DNA of 64,000 nt from a virus, in IMG/VR virus record IMGVR_UViG_3300034062_007046, positions 1 to 64,000 of that record. The stretch is one strand, 5' to 3'. Both the position numbers and the translations under genes were made by a program. Within the stretch, counting starts at the first letter, position 1. Each line of letters opens with the position of its first letter. A model generated the notes under the pieces. The model worked only from the letters and a program-made list of their open reading frames with translations. It did no database searches and had not been told where the DNA came from. Below are positions 19,973 to 30,371 of the stretch, piece after piece.

Positions 19973-21399
19973 TGCCATTCAAAAAATACGTAGCGAGTAA
20001 AGATACTACAATAACAAATGCTTATAGATTAGATCTTATTAATAGAGCCACAGATGCTAATATGGGTGCTTCTGACTCTCTTGAGATGTTTTCGATATAT
20101 GGTCAAGCAAACTCCTCCTCAGTCGAAAAAAGCAGAATTTTAGTACAGTTCCCGACAACGGACATAATCGCAGACAGAAATTTATCGAGAATACCATCTT
20201 CTGGTAGTGTTAAGTTTTTTCTTAGAATGTTTAACGTAGAGCATCCTTTTAGCGTGCCAAGAGATTATACAGCAAGTGTCGCCGCTCTGTCTCAATCTTG
20301 GGATGAAGGATATGGTTTGGATATGGAATCCTATACAGATAAAGGCTGGAGCGCACAAATGGTCGGCGCTGGTGCAACATGGATTTATTCTGTTAGTGGT
20401 ACTTTATGGTCAACGCAAGGCGGTTCTTTTTTAACTTCGTCCGATTATAATTTTAATGTTCCATTTTCATCTGGTTTGGAAGATATAGAATTAGATGTCA
20501 CAAAGGTAGTAGAAGATTGGATGGCAGGAACCATTAGTGACAACGGTTTTATTATTAAACTGTCTGGGGCGTTTGAACAAGGTGATCAGTTCCGCAGCTT
20601 TTATACAAAAAAATTCTCAGCCAGAGGGTCTCAATTTTTCTATAAAAGACCGATAATTGAAGCTCGTTGGGAGGCGGTAGTTAAGGATGATAGGAATCAG
20701 TTTTTTGCTTCAAGTAGCTTACTGAATGCAGAAGACAACACCATGAATCTATATTTTTATAATAAAGTTGGCGGTGTATCCAAAAACATAGTTGGTAATA
20801 TTTTACCAGGAGTTAAATTTTATTCGAATTCTTCTCTTACGAACGAAGTTTCTTCTGCGTATTTAAGCGTTACAAACCCTTCTGTTGGCGTCTATAAAGC
20901 GAGCGTTGCTATAAATACGACTGCAAGCGTTCTTTACGATAAATGGTACAATACAAGCTCTTCTGGTACTATCTTTTCAAGCTCTTTTGATGTTCTGCAA
21001 AGAGAAAATTATGACTACGAGTATGCGCCAGAGTACATTATAAACATTAACAATCTTAAAGTTACTTATAACGAAAACGAATCTGCGAGATTTAAAATTT
21101 TTGTCAGAGAAAAAGATTGGCAACCAACAATATACACAGTTGCATACAATACTGTAGAAAATTCAGTAATTACAGATCTTTATTACAAAATTTTTAGACT
21201 TAATGATAATTATACAGTAGTAGATTACTCTACTGGTTCGTTAGCTTATACCAAAACTTCTTATGATTCAAATGGCAATTATTTTGATTTGGATATGAAA
21301 AATATTGAAAAAGGATATGTTTATGGTATAAAATTAGCGAGATGGAATGGATTAGAATTAAAAGAATTCCAAAACGTTTTCAAATTTAAGGTTGAATAA
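19972..21399 (+). CDS. Virion structural protein (beta-sandwich, DNRLRE-like)
   Basis: KDTTI, SRILVQF, WDEG.G, DVT.VV..W...DNGFIIK and P.IEARW pattern; baseplate context. Confidence 0.55.
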   Translation: MPFKKYVASKDTTITNAYRLDLINRATDANMGASDSLEMFSIYGQANSSSVEKSRILVQFPTTDIIADRNLSRIPSSGSVKFFLRMFNVEHPFSVPRDYTASVAALSQSWDEGYGLDMESYTDKGWSAQMVGAGATWIYSVSGTLWSTQGGSFLTSSDYNFNVPFSSGLEDIELDVTKVVEDWMAGTISDNGFIIKLSGAFEQGDQFRSFYTKKFSARGSQFFYKRPIIEARWEAVVKDDRNQFFASSSLLNAEDNTMNLYFYNKVGGVSKNIVGNILPGVKFYSNSSLTNEVSSAYLSVTNPSVGVYKASVAINTTASVLYDKWYNTSSSGTIFSSSFDVLQRENYDYEYAPEYIININNLKVTYNENESARFKIFVREKDWQPTIYTVAYNTVENSVITDLYYKIFRLNDNYTVVDYSTGSLAYTKTSYDSNGNYFDLDMKNIEKGYVYGIKLARWNGLELKEFQNVFKFKVE

Positions 21400-21401
21400 A
21401 T

Positions 21402-24400
21402 ATGTCAATAAAAGATTTATTTGGTAAAAAATCAGAAGGTATAGTAGCGTCACAACAAGTACAATCTCTATATGACGATGCAGAATCGGAAGGCTTTTTA
21501 ACTGAAAAAAGAAAAGAGAACGAAAGGTTTTTACCCTCTGTAGATTTTTTAACTGCTTCAAATTTTGCCAGATACGGCTCCGCTGAAAAGTACTATTCGG
21601 ACGCTATTAAAAATATTTATCAAACCTATCCTTATGATGGATCTAAAAAAGAAAAAACAGAATGGAGAAATTCTGTCTCTCAACTGGATTTATATGTTTT
21701 AGATAACATCTATCCAAAAACTACTGGTTATGTTATTTTTAATTCATCTTCACAACAATATGTAACAGTAAAAGGCGGTCCAAATACTGCTTCTTCTGGT
21801 AAGTTTGTTGACGCGAACATATACGATTTAAGTAAAAATAGAGAATCAAATTTAGCGTTAAATCCATTAAATTTAGGTAATACTGTAGAGTTTTGGTATA
21901 AGGAGTCTGGATCTAACGCGTCAACATATGCGTTATTTGATCTCTGGAACGGTGCTTCTTCTGGCTCTGTTAGTTATACAAGATTTTTAATTGAAAAAGT
22001 TTCATCTGGGTTTAGACTAACTTATTGCTCTGGAACCTCTGGTGTGCAAAATGCTTCTATTGCATACACGCATGACATAAATAACTGGCACCACTATGCG
22101 TTCTCGGTTAACTCAGCTTCAACTGGATTAAATCTTTGTTTGTATGTTGATGGTGATTTAGTAAATAATTCTATTACAGGTTCTGCTTTTTACGAAATAG
22201 CAAATAATGCTAATTCTATAGCTAATTTAGGCGCTTATAGAACTGGTTCTGCCGTTTATGTTAATGGAGCATTTGACGAATTTAGATTTTGGAAAGAAGC
22301 AAGAAGTTCAAAAAAAATTAGTAGATATTGGTTTACAAATGTCGATGGTGGCGCAAACACAGACGATTCAAACACTGAACTCGGCATTTATTTTAAATTT
22401 AACGAAGGGATATTATCATATAATTCCGTAAACCAATACGATACTCAATGCTTGGATTACTCGGGTCGTATCTCAAACGGCTCAATAATAAATTACACGG
22501 TCGCGGTCAGGAGTACTGGTTCCGCTTTAGAAAGCTATTCGTCTGATTTTGTTGAACAAAAAGACCCAGTAGTGTATTCGATACATCCAGACGTTCAAGC
22601 AGTTTTGACTGAATACTCTCAGCTTGGTTTCGAGCACGATAAAATCAATAATAGTAGCATATATAAGTCTATACCTTCTTGGATAACTGAACAGCAGGAA
22701 GATATTCAGGGCGAAGATTTATCTAATCTAACTCAAATTATTTCAAGTTATTTTGATACTCTGCATTTACAAATAGAAAACTTAACTAAACTTAAGGACA
22801 TAAAGTATTTTTCAGATGGCGAAAAACCACTACCATTTATAAATAAAATACTTTCTTCTTATAACTTTAATAATTTAGAGATTTTCAATAATACTACATT
22901 TTTAGAAGACTTATTATCAAGAAATGAAACTGATGAATTTGAAGAAAGTTTGTTTGATATAAAAAATACAATTTATCAAAATATCTATAACAATTTAATT
23001 TATATTTATAAGTCAAAAGGCACAGAAAAATCTCTAAGAAATCTTATAAGATGCTTTGGCGTAGACGATGAATTAGTAAAAATAAATCTATACGCGGATA
23101 ACGCACAATATAATTTAACGAATAAATATCAATATGTTTCAACTCCTAAAAAGTTTGTCGATTTTAATGACGAAGATCGGTTTGAAGCCGTTGTTTATCA
23201 AAAAGCTTTTAGCGGCGACTCCAACACAAGAGGGTATATAAAAGGAGAAAGCTCGGGAAAACTAAGTTATATTCCTGTGACGCTTCAAGCAGAAATAATA
23301 TTTCCAAAAAAAGTTGATTACGACAATCCAAATTATATAATCCCAGAATTTACAACAGTTTCTTTGTTTGGCGTTCATACTGCAAACAATAATCAAAATA
23401 TTTTAACTTGGGGAAATGATGAATTTAACTTTCAAGTATATGCAGAAAAAAGAAACTTTGAGAGCAAAGATGTATATTTTAGATTATCGGGCTCGTTGTC
23501 AGGAAGCAGCTTCCAGCTAACATCAAGCTGGTACAACGAAACCTATGACAACAATAAGTGGAACCTTGCAGTAAGAATTAAGCCACAAAAAATAGAAAAT
23601 GTTGATTTGGTGTCTGGCTCCTCAACTGGCGATTATGTCGTTGAGTTTGTTGGTTTTAACACAACCTTAGACAATATTGATGATAGTTTTATCCTTTCTG
23701 CTTCGATACCAGAAGCTAATGCTAAATCTGCTTTATCTAAAAATAAAAGAGTTTATGCAGGCGCTCATTATCAAGATTTTGATCCAATGCAATTAATGGC
23801 AAAAACTGACGTAAAAATCTCGTCTGTTCGGTTTTGGCATGATTACTTGAACGATGAAGAAATTAAAAATCATTCATATGATTCTTCTAATTTTGGTCGA
23901 GAATACCCATATTGGAATGCTTTCTTGACTCAAACAGATGCTAACAGTTTGATGCTAACGAAAGCAGATTTATTAACATTAAATTGGGATTTTGCGGTTG
24001 TCACAGGATCGGATTCAAGTGGAGAATTTTTAGTCGAGGATGCCTCTTCTGGATCTGTCGCTGCTGCTACAAAATATGGTGTAGGTTGGCTTGGAGATAT
24101 CCTTTTTTATAGGCATACTGGTTTAGGAACCCAATTTTATCCAAGCGACTCACAGGTTGTTAATAAGGAATTTATCTATTCAGCGAAGCTGCAAACCCCA
24201 GAAACCTTGGCTGGTTCAGATTTGATACAAATTAGAAACACTGATGATATTGAATCAACAAGAAACACCAAGCCAGTAACATACTTCTATTCAGTAGAAA
24301 AAAGTATGTCACAAGTTATTAACAACGAAATTATTAATTGGTTTTCTACAATAAATGCGTTTAATAATTTAATAGGCGACCCATCGGAGCGTTATAGAAG

Positions 24401-27400
24401 AGAATATAAAAACTTATCTTATTTAAGAAAGTTGTTCTTTGAAAAGGTTCAAAATGAACCAAGCTTCGAAAGATTCATAGAATTCTATAAGTGGATCGAT
24501 TCTTCTATCTCTATGATGATAGCACAGCTTGTACCAGCTTCTGCAAACATATCAGAAAACGTTCGAAACGTTGTTGAAAGCCATTTATTAGAGAGAAATA
24601 AATACGAAAATAAACTTCCAACAATAGAAGCAAAGGGTGAAATAACAGCTACTACGAGTAACTTTAGAACTTATGGTAACCCAAATGATCAACGCGCGCC
24701 TAACAATCCAACTGGCAGCACTTGGTTAAAGCTTAGAGCAGAAAGAACACACCCATTAGTTACATCTGGCGATGCAAATACAGACGCAAATAGAGAAACT
24801 ATTAGAGAAGTTTTAATCGGAAAAAATTTAAATAAAGTTCCTAAACAATATGATACGCAAACGCAACAGTTTTATGAAGGCAAAAGAGATTTAGTCAGAG
24901 GTTACGCCTCCATAAATACAATTAGCAGTAGCTTGTTAGAAAACCCAGAAGACTCAATAAGACCAGTGACTGTTGAAAATAGTAGATTCACATCAGATTT
25001 TCAATTTGCAAGCGCGAGCGTAACTGGTTCTGGGCAAATATTAAAAAAAGATAACAAAATCGGTAATTTTAGGAATACATATGAATATTTCCAAACGTCT
25101 GGTCGTTCAGATGTTAATTTAAAACTACCAGAAGTAGCGGAACAGCTATTGAGTTCTTCTACAGAGAGCGCAGTTGACGGAATTTTTGAAAGAACACTGC
25201 CAACAAGACCAGTAGTTAAGACTGTAATAGTTGAAAAATTCTCTGCTCCCGGTGGTCCTGAAGTTATGAGTAGGGGATATTTGGATGCCGCCTCTGAAGA
25301 ATTTTCTGTATATAACGGACTAAACAACAGAAATTCTTTGGTCAGAAAAAATTTGAATAAATGGTCAGCAGAATCCGCAAGCATTGATGTAGAGAGTCCG
25401 TCATATCACAAAGTAAACAAAAATACTGGCTATACAGTAAATGATAACGGTACTTCTAATCCTCAATATGATAACAGCTTTATCCAACATCAAATTCCAA
25501 GAAGCGATGCACAATATTCTTGGATTACTGCCTCTTTGATTAGCAAGCCAAGCGCAAGCGGATACTTCAGCGAATACGATAATTTAAATGTTTATAATAG
25601 CAGTTCTGCTCAGTTCCTCTCTGCTTCCGTTTCTGGTTCAAGCACGCTTGATTTTATTGGATTAAATACAAATATTCAAGTTGTAGCTGATGAAGCAACC
25701 AATACTCTTTCTGCTTCAAATGTAAGCGATTTAAACAAATACTTATTGAATATCAACGGTCCTTACGGAAATGCTTCATGGAAGCAAATTCGTCAATCAT
25801 TTAATAAGATTGTTAGCCTTTCAAGAAAAAACAATAGAATTTTGGTGCAAGACCGCCCGCAACAAAAAACAAAAAATGAAAAAGGCTTCCTAAGATTTTT
25901 TACACCAAGACAAAGCGACACATTTACAAGCTATATAGAGCCACCAGTTTCATATAACCTACCAATGACCCACGTTGTATCAGTCACTGGCTCTAAGTTG
26001 CCAATTGAAATTGTCAGCACATACGACAATAACAAAGAAAAACTTGCTAATGAAGCCTTAATAAAAGTTTTGGGCGTAAAAGAAAGAACAGAACCACAAA
26101 CTCACGATGTTTTAAAGAATCTTGAAAATGGCTTATATGAGCCAAGACCTTCAATAAAAGAAGTTGTCTATCAGCAAAATATATTTCCAAGAAAAGATAA
26201 AGTCGGTACAAAAGAGACAAGAACAAGACCAGAATATGCAGAAGTCGCTGGTACAGGTTCAAATGGATATGATCGCAATATAGCAAAGATTAGAAGCTTC
26301 TGGAGAAATAACGTAAATAATAGAATTAGAACTATTGGTAGTGGAATTACTGGGTCTATCAATTCATTAAATTATCCAAGGCTACAATCAAATACTTCAT
26401 CACTATCGTTTCAAGGAGCTTTTATCAACACGATTTTTACTTACGAGCCTACTGGTACAATAACTTATACAGCTTCTTTAACGAACGAAATAGACACGGT
26501 CTGGAGTATTGACAATGAATATACCAATTTTTCATCGTCTGTACTGAGCAGCTCTTCGCAGGTCTCAGCCAATTACACATATTCAAGTTCTTATTTTGGC
26601 GAATTGTCAACATATAAGCTTCACGAAAAAATATTATTAAACTTACAGCCAAGTGGTACATATACAACTGAGAGTGTCGTGAACTCGGTCGGTGCCGCTT
26701 CTACTAAATATAAATTTACGTATCAAAGCGGAAGCTACCGGGTTATACCAAGACCACAATTCGCATTTTTTGATAATCCATATGCGTCAAGAAATGATTT
26801 TTCATCATTAACGAATCGCAGTGCTTCATTATATTATTTTGATGTTTTGCCTTACAAAACCAATGTTTTATCTAATAATTCTCCTTGGTATGATTCTTAT
26901 GAAGATTTTTTTGAAGATATAAAACCTTATTCAAAAAAGTATTCTTTAGCACCAGAATATAAAATCAATAATTTAATTGATTTTTATTTTAAGGAAAATA
27001 ATGGAAATTTTGATGTGCCGCTTACAGCAAGCTATTTATCGTTGGACGGCGCTTCAGCGGACTACGACGCAGTACAAACTGGTTATAATTCGTCCGATGA
27101 ATTAAATAATTTTATTTTTGAGCAAGATAACGGAGAAAAAAGCATTAAAATAAAAATTAATGCCGTCAAAAAGCTATTGCCATATAAAGGTTTTTATCCT
27201 CAAGAAAGAGCCGTTCAAGTTGTAGATTATTTTAGGGATTCTTTCTTTGGGCTGACTGACCAGCAAATTTTAACTGGTTCATTTTCAACATCTCCATCAA
27301 CAACAAGTGGATCGACTCCTGTTGATCAGCAAATAGCAACAGTTTTACAGCCATATTTTGCCCCTGGAGTATTGTTTAATACCATTAAGGCAGGCGTAGC

Positions 27401-29378
27401 GGTTCACTTTCCTACTATAATAACAAGTTCTGATTACGACGCCACCTCAGTTCCAAGTTATTTGACTGCTTCTAATAATACTAATTTAGTTAGTAACGCA
27501 ACAATAATAGAAGCGGGAAGAGCTGTCGATGTTGGTCCTTTTAGTTATTTGTTGCCAAACACAAATTATAATTTTCCTTTTGAATCTTTGTTAGATATAG
27601 ACAACTCTATTCCATCCGAATTTAGAAACGAAGACTATAGTTTAATATTATTGAATCAAAGATCTATGGGAATGGATTATTTAAGCGGAACAATTAGAGA
27701 TAGAATACGCTTTCCTTCTGTCTCTATTAAAGACGATTTTTCTGATATAAATAAAAATTGGAGCGAAAAAAATCCTTTGTATAGGTTGGCGATAAATAAT
27801 TTCCTTTCAGAAATCGTAGATTTTTTCTTGTTAGACGGAAAATTGAATAATTTTACCTCAAAGCCACTAAAAAATGTTTCTGTTATAAGCGGAACAACCT
27901 ACTATATGGATGTATATTTCGATAAAAACCCTGAGCACAAACACTTTATAGTAAAAAACTTTCAAGGAGAACTACCCAAAGAGAATTCACCTAATTCTTT
28001 GCATTTTGCGCTCGTTGATGAGAATGCTGTTTATTCTCCTTTTTTTAATTTATTAGGAGAAGAGCCAATAAGACTTTCTATGCCTATTGGTTATACTACT
28101 TTTGCTCCTCCATACTCTTTAGGAAAAAATAAAGCAACCCTATCGTATACAGCAAAACAAACAGGTTTAGTATCCTTAAAAGACATTTTGGAAGAATTGC
28201 AGGTACAATACAGATTTAGTTGGTTCGCTGAAGATATACAAGCTAATCTTCCGTATTTTATGCCGTTATCAGCCAGTATAAATTTCAAGCAGTTAAAAGA
28301 AAATAAATTAGTAACTTATGATGAATTTGGAAATACCGTTGAAGTCTCTGATAACCCGGACGTTGATTCGTTTATTTGGTCTATTCAAACTAAATTTGAA
28401 ACACCTGTGTTAAACTTTAATAATGATCTTAATAGGTCGCAATTAATAAATATAACAAGTAGTTCTAACAATTTGACATCCATACAGAAAAATATTATTG
28501 GTTTGTGGAGCGGCTATGGGGAAGTACCAAAAAGCGGCGCGGCAATAAAATTTGGCATAGAGGAGACCTATCAAGAAGTTTATGATTCTTTAACCGGCTC
28601 ATTAATAAAATTGTGCGGGTTTAGACCAGCAGTAAAAGATATAGGCAGAATAGCGAGCAGTAAAGAAATAAGTGAAGCTGTTGTTATTATACCTTACGTT
28701 GAATTAGGTGGAGAAAATCTTAATTCAACGAATAATATTGCATTAAATATTTTAGGAATACCTGGGGAAAATGACATTAACGGACTATCTGTTGGAAACG
28801 GTCCATTCTACTTCTCAGTTAACAAAAATACTATAAATGAATTATTAGATGCTCAATTTGATGCATCATCTGTTGAGCAATTACAAAAATTAACTGCCAA
28901 AACAAAAAATATTAATAATTCAATTATTAAAACGATTAATAGTATGACAAAATACAATATACCGCCTCATTTAGACTGGGTGCAAAATAAAAACATCGAA
29001 CCTTTTGTTATGTATATTGCAGAATTTAAAGAAACTTTAGATCAGCAAGATTTAGCAGATATCTGGCAGGGGTTGATGCCGAAAATAGCCAGAAATTGTA
29101 AACTTGATGAAAACTTCATAGAACATCCTTTGAAGGAAGACGAATTTTTTCATGGCAAGTCGATCCCAGCGGGAGTTAAATTTAAGATTTTCAAAGTTAA
29201 GAAAAAAGCAAAGAAAAGCTACTATGATTTAACCGATGATTCAAGTGATGACACAAGGTTTAGATTCGATTTCGCAAATCAGAAAACAACGCCTGATTAT
29301 TCATTTAATTATCCTTATGATTTCTTTTCTTTAGTTGAGCTAATTAATATCGAGACTTCAACTAAAAATAAAAAATAG
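21402..29378 (+). CDS. Giant baseplate/fibre protein (2658 aa) with LamG/concanavalin-like domains
   Basis: TVEFW, WHHYAFS..LYVDG and FDEFRFW LamG motifs; IYKSKGT..L..LIRCFG wedge-type motif. Confidence 0.72.
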   Translation: MSIKDLFGKKSEGIVASQQVQSLYDDAESEGFLTEKRKENERFLPSVDFLTASNFARYGSAEKYYSDAIKNIYQTYPYDGSKKEKTEWRNSVSQLDLYVLDNIYPKTTGYVIFNSSSQQYVTVKGGPNTASSGKFVDANIYDLSKNRESNLALNPLNLGNTVEFWYKESGSNASTYALFDLWNGASSGSVSYTRFLIEKVSSGFRLTYCSGTSGVQNASIAYTHDINNWHHYAFSVNSASTGLNLCLYVDGDLVNNSITGSAFYEIANNANSIANLGAYRTGSAVYVNGAFDEFRFWKEARSSKKISRYWFTNVDGGANTDDSNTELGIYFKFNEGILSYNSVNQYDTQCLDYSGRISNGSIINYTVAVRSTGSALESYSSDFVEQKDPVVYSIHPDVQAVLTEYSQLGFEHDKINNSSIYKSIPSWITEQQEDIQGEDLSNLTQIISSYFDTLHLQIENLTKLKDIKYFSDGEKPLPFINKILSSYNFNNLEIFNNTTFLEDLLSRNETDEFEESLFDIKNTIYQNIYNNLIYIYKSKGTEKSLRNLIRCFGVDDELVKINLYADNAQYNLTNKYQYVSTPKKFVDFNDEDRFEAVVYQKAFSGDSNTRGYIKGESSGKLSYIPVTLQAEIIFPKKVDYDNPNYIIPEFTTVSLFGVHTANNNQNILTWGNDEFNFQVYAEKRNFESKDVYFRLSGSLSGSSFQLTSSWYNETYDNNKWNLAVRIKPQKIENVDLVSGSSTGDYVVEFVGFNTTLDNIDDSFILSASIPEANAKSALSKNKRVYAGAHYQDFDPMQLMAKTDVKISSVRFWHDYLNDEEIKNHSYDSSNFGREYPYWNAFLTQTDANSLMLTKADLLTLNWDFAVVTGSDSSGEFLVEDASSGSVAAATKYGVGWLGDILFYRHTGLGTQFYPSDSQVVNKEFIYSAKLQTPETLAGSDLIQIRNTDDIESTRNTKPVTYFYSVEKSMSQVINNEIINWFSTINAFNNLIGDPSERYRREYKNLSYLRKLFFEKVQNEPSFERFIEFYKWIDSSISMMIAQLVPASANISENVRNVVESHLLERNKYENKLPTIEAKGEITATTSNFRTYGNPNDQRAPNNPTGSTWLKLRAERTHPLVTSGDANTDANRETIREVLIGKNLNKVPKQYDTQTQQFYEGKRDLVRGYASINTISSSLLENPEDSIRPVTVENSRFTSDFQFASASVTGSGQILKKDNKIGNFRNTYEYFQTSGRSDVNLKLPEVAEQLLSSSTESAVDGIFERTLPTRPVVKTVIVEKFSAPGGPEVMSRGYLDAASEEFSVYNGLNNRNSLVRKNLNKWSAESASIDVESPSYHKVNKNTGYTVNDNGTSNPQYDNSFIQHQIPRSDAQYSWITASLISKPSASGYFSEYDNLNVYNSSSAQFLSASVSGSSTLDFIGLNTNIQVVADEATNTLSASNVSDLNKYLLNINGPYGNASWKQIRQSFNKIVSLSRKNNRILVQDRPQQKTKNEKGFLRFFTPRQSDTFTSYIEPPVSYNLPMTHVVSVTGSKLPIEIVSTYDNNKEKLANEALIKVLGVKERTEPQTHDVLKNLENGLYEPRPSIKEVVYQQNIFPRKDKVGTKETRTRPEYAEVAGTGSNGYDRNIAKIRSFWRNNVNNRIRTIGSGITGSINSLNYPRLQSNTSSLSFQGAFINTIFTYEPTGTITYTASLTNEIDTVWSIDNEYTNFSSSVLSSSSQVSANYTYSSSYFGELSTYKLHEKILLNLQPSGTYTTESVVNSVGAASTKYKFTYQSGSYRVIPRPQFAFFDNPYASRNDFSSLTNRSASLYYFDVLPYKTNVLSNNSPWYDSYEDFFEDIKPYSKKYSLAPEYKINNLIDFYFKENNGNFDVPLTASYLSLDGASADYDAVQTGYNSSDELNNFIFEQDNGEKSIKIKINAVKKLLPYKGFYPQERAVQVVDYFRDSFFGLTDQQILTGSFSTSPSTTSGSTPVDQQIATVLQPYFAPGVLFNTIKAGVAVHFPTIITSSDYDATSVPSYLTASNNTNLVSNATIIEAGRAVDVGPFSYLLPNTNYNFPFESLLDIDNSIPSEFRNEDYSLILLNQRSMGMDYLSGTIRDRIRFPSVSIKDDFSDINKNWSEKNPLYRLAINNFLSEIVDFFLLDGKLNNFTSKPLKNVSVISGTTYYMDVYFDKNPEHKHFIVKNFQGELPKENSPNSLHFALVDENAVYSPFFNLLGEEPIRLSMPIGYTTFAPPYSLGKNKATLSYTAKQTGLVSLKDILEELQVQYRFSWFAEDIQANLPYFMPLSASINFKQLKENKLVTYDEFGNTVEVSDNPDVDSFIWSIQTKFETPVLNFNNDLNRSQLINITSSSNNLTSIQKNIIGLWSGYGEVPKSGAAIKFGIEETYQEVYDSLTGSLIKLCGFRPAVKDIGRIASSKEISEAVVIIPYVELGGENLNSTNNIALNILGIPGENDINGLSVGNGPFYFSVNKNTINELLDAQFDASSVEQLQKLTAKTKNINNSIIKTINSMTKYNIPPHLDWVQNKNIEPFVMYIAEFKETLDQQDLADIWQGLMPKIARNCKLDENFIEHPLKEDEFFHGKSIPAGVKFKIFKVKKKAKKSYYDLTDDSSDDTRFRFDFANQKTTPDYSFNYPYDFFSLVELINIETSTKNKK

Positions 29379-29390
29379 TGGGAACAATTA

Positions 29391-30371
29391 ATGTCATTTT
29401 TTGATTCAAAGCAAGAAGTTTTAAATATTGAATTAACTCAATATGGGAAATACCTTCTATCAAAGGGTAAATTTAGTCCATCTTACTATGCTTTTTTTGA
29501 TGATGACGTTGTATATGACAGTTTATATATGAACGTTACCGAGTCGCAGAACTATTCCCAAGATAGAATCCTTAATGAAACTCCAATTTCAAAGCCAACT
29601 TACAACTTTTCTTCTGTTGAACAAGACGTTAATGAACAACAAAAATTAATAATTACGGAGAATTTAGAAGGTTTAAAAAAATTAGAAGACGGAATAAAAT
29701 CCTTAAGTAACACTTCGCAAGCAAGTGTTTTGCCTTTAGGAACCAGCGCCTTTAATTCGGAGTACTATCCAGCGTGGAGCATTAAAGTTGTTAGCGGAAG
29801 CATTGAAAGAACAGAGGAGTATTTAGATAATTCTTTAGTTGCTGATCTAAAAGGTGTTCTAATGCCGTATCTGAGAGTGCCACAAATATCGTGCGCCACT
29901 TCAAGTTATGGTATAAATGCCGTTACTTCTCTTATAAATAATAAAGATGACGTTTTAGTAGAAATATTTATAGACGAAGATAATTCAATTTTTCTAACTG
30001 GCGATAAAAAGAACTTGACAAATATTTTTGATATTTTAGAAGAAAATGTTGAAGATAAAAAAGAAAATTTTGATATAGAAGTTTTTATAGAAGAAGAAAG
30101 AACAAAGGCAGACGGTACATCTGAAAAATATTTAAATAAATTATATTTTTTTAAGAAGCCAACAAATATAAAAAATAACATTTTATTAGACGAATATATT
30201 TATAAAGAAGCAGAGAACGCCGTACCAGACGAAACAAATGTAGAATATTATTTTGATCTGCTTATAGATAATGAAATAGATCTCCCACCAGAAGCAAAAT
30301 TGGGTATTGGAGCAGATATTTATTCTTCAACTATTACTGAGGCGGATAAGCCATTTGGTGAGGATTGCTAA
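29391..30371 (+). CDS. Virion structural protein, N-terminus paralogous to 35425..36405
   Basis: LT.YG..LLSKG.F...YYAFFDDDV.Y matches LTDTGR.RLAKG..F...FALGDDEINY. Confidence 0.6.
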   Translation: MSFFDSKQEVLNIELTQYGKYLLSKGKFSPSYYAFFDDDVVYDSLYMNVTESQNYSQDRILNETPISKPTYNFSSVEQDVNEQQKLIITENLEGLKKLEDGIKSLSNTSQASVLPLGTSAFNSEYYPAWSIKVVSGSIERTEEYLDNSLVADLKGVLMPYLRVPQISCATSSYGINAVTSLINNKDDVLVEIFIDEDNSIFLTGDKKNLTNIFDILEENVEDKKENFDIEVFIEEERTKADGTSEKYLNKLYFFKKPTNIKNNILLDEYIYKEAENAVPDETNVEYYFDLLIDNEIDLPPEAKLGIGADIYSSTITEADKPFGEDC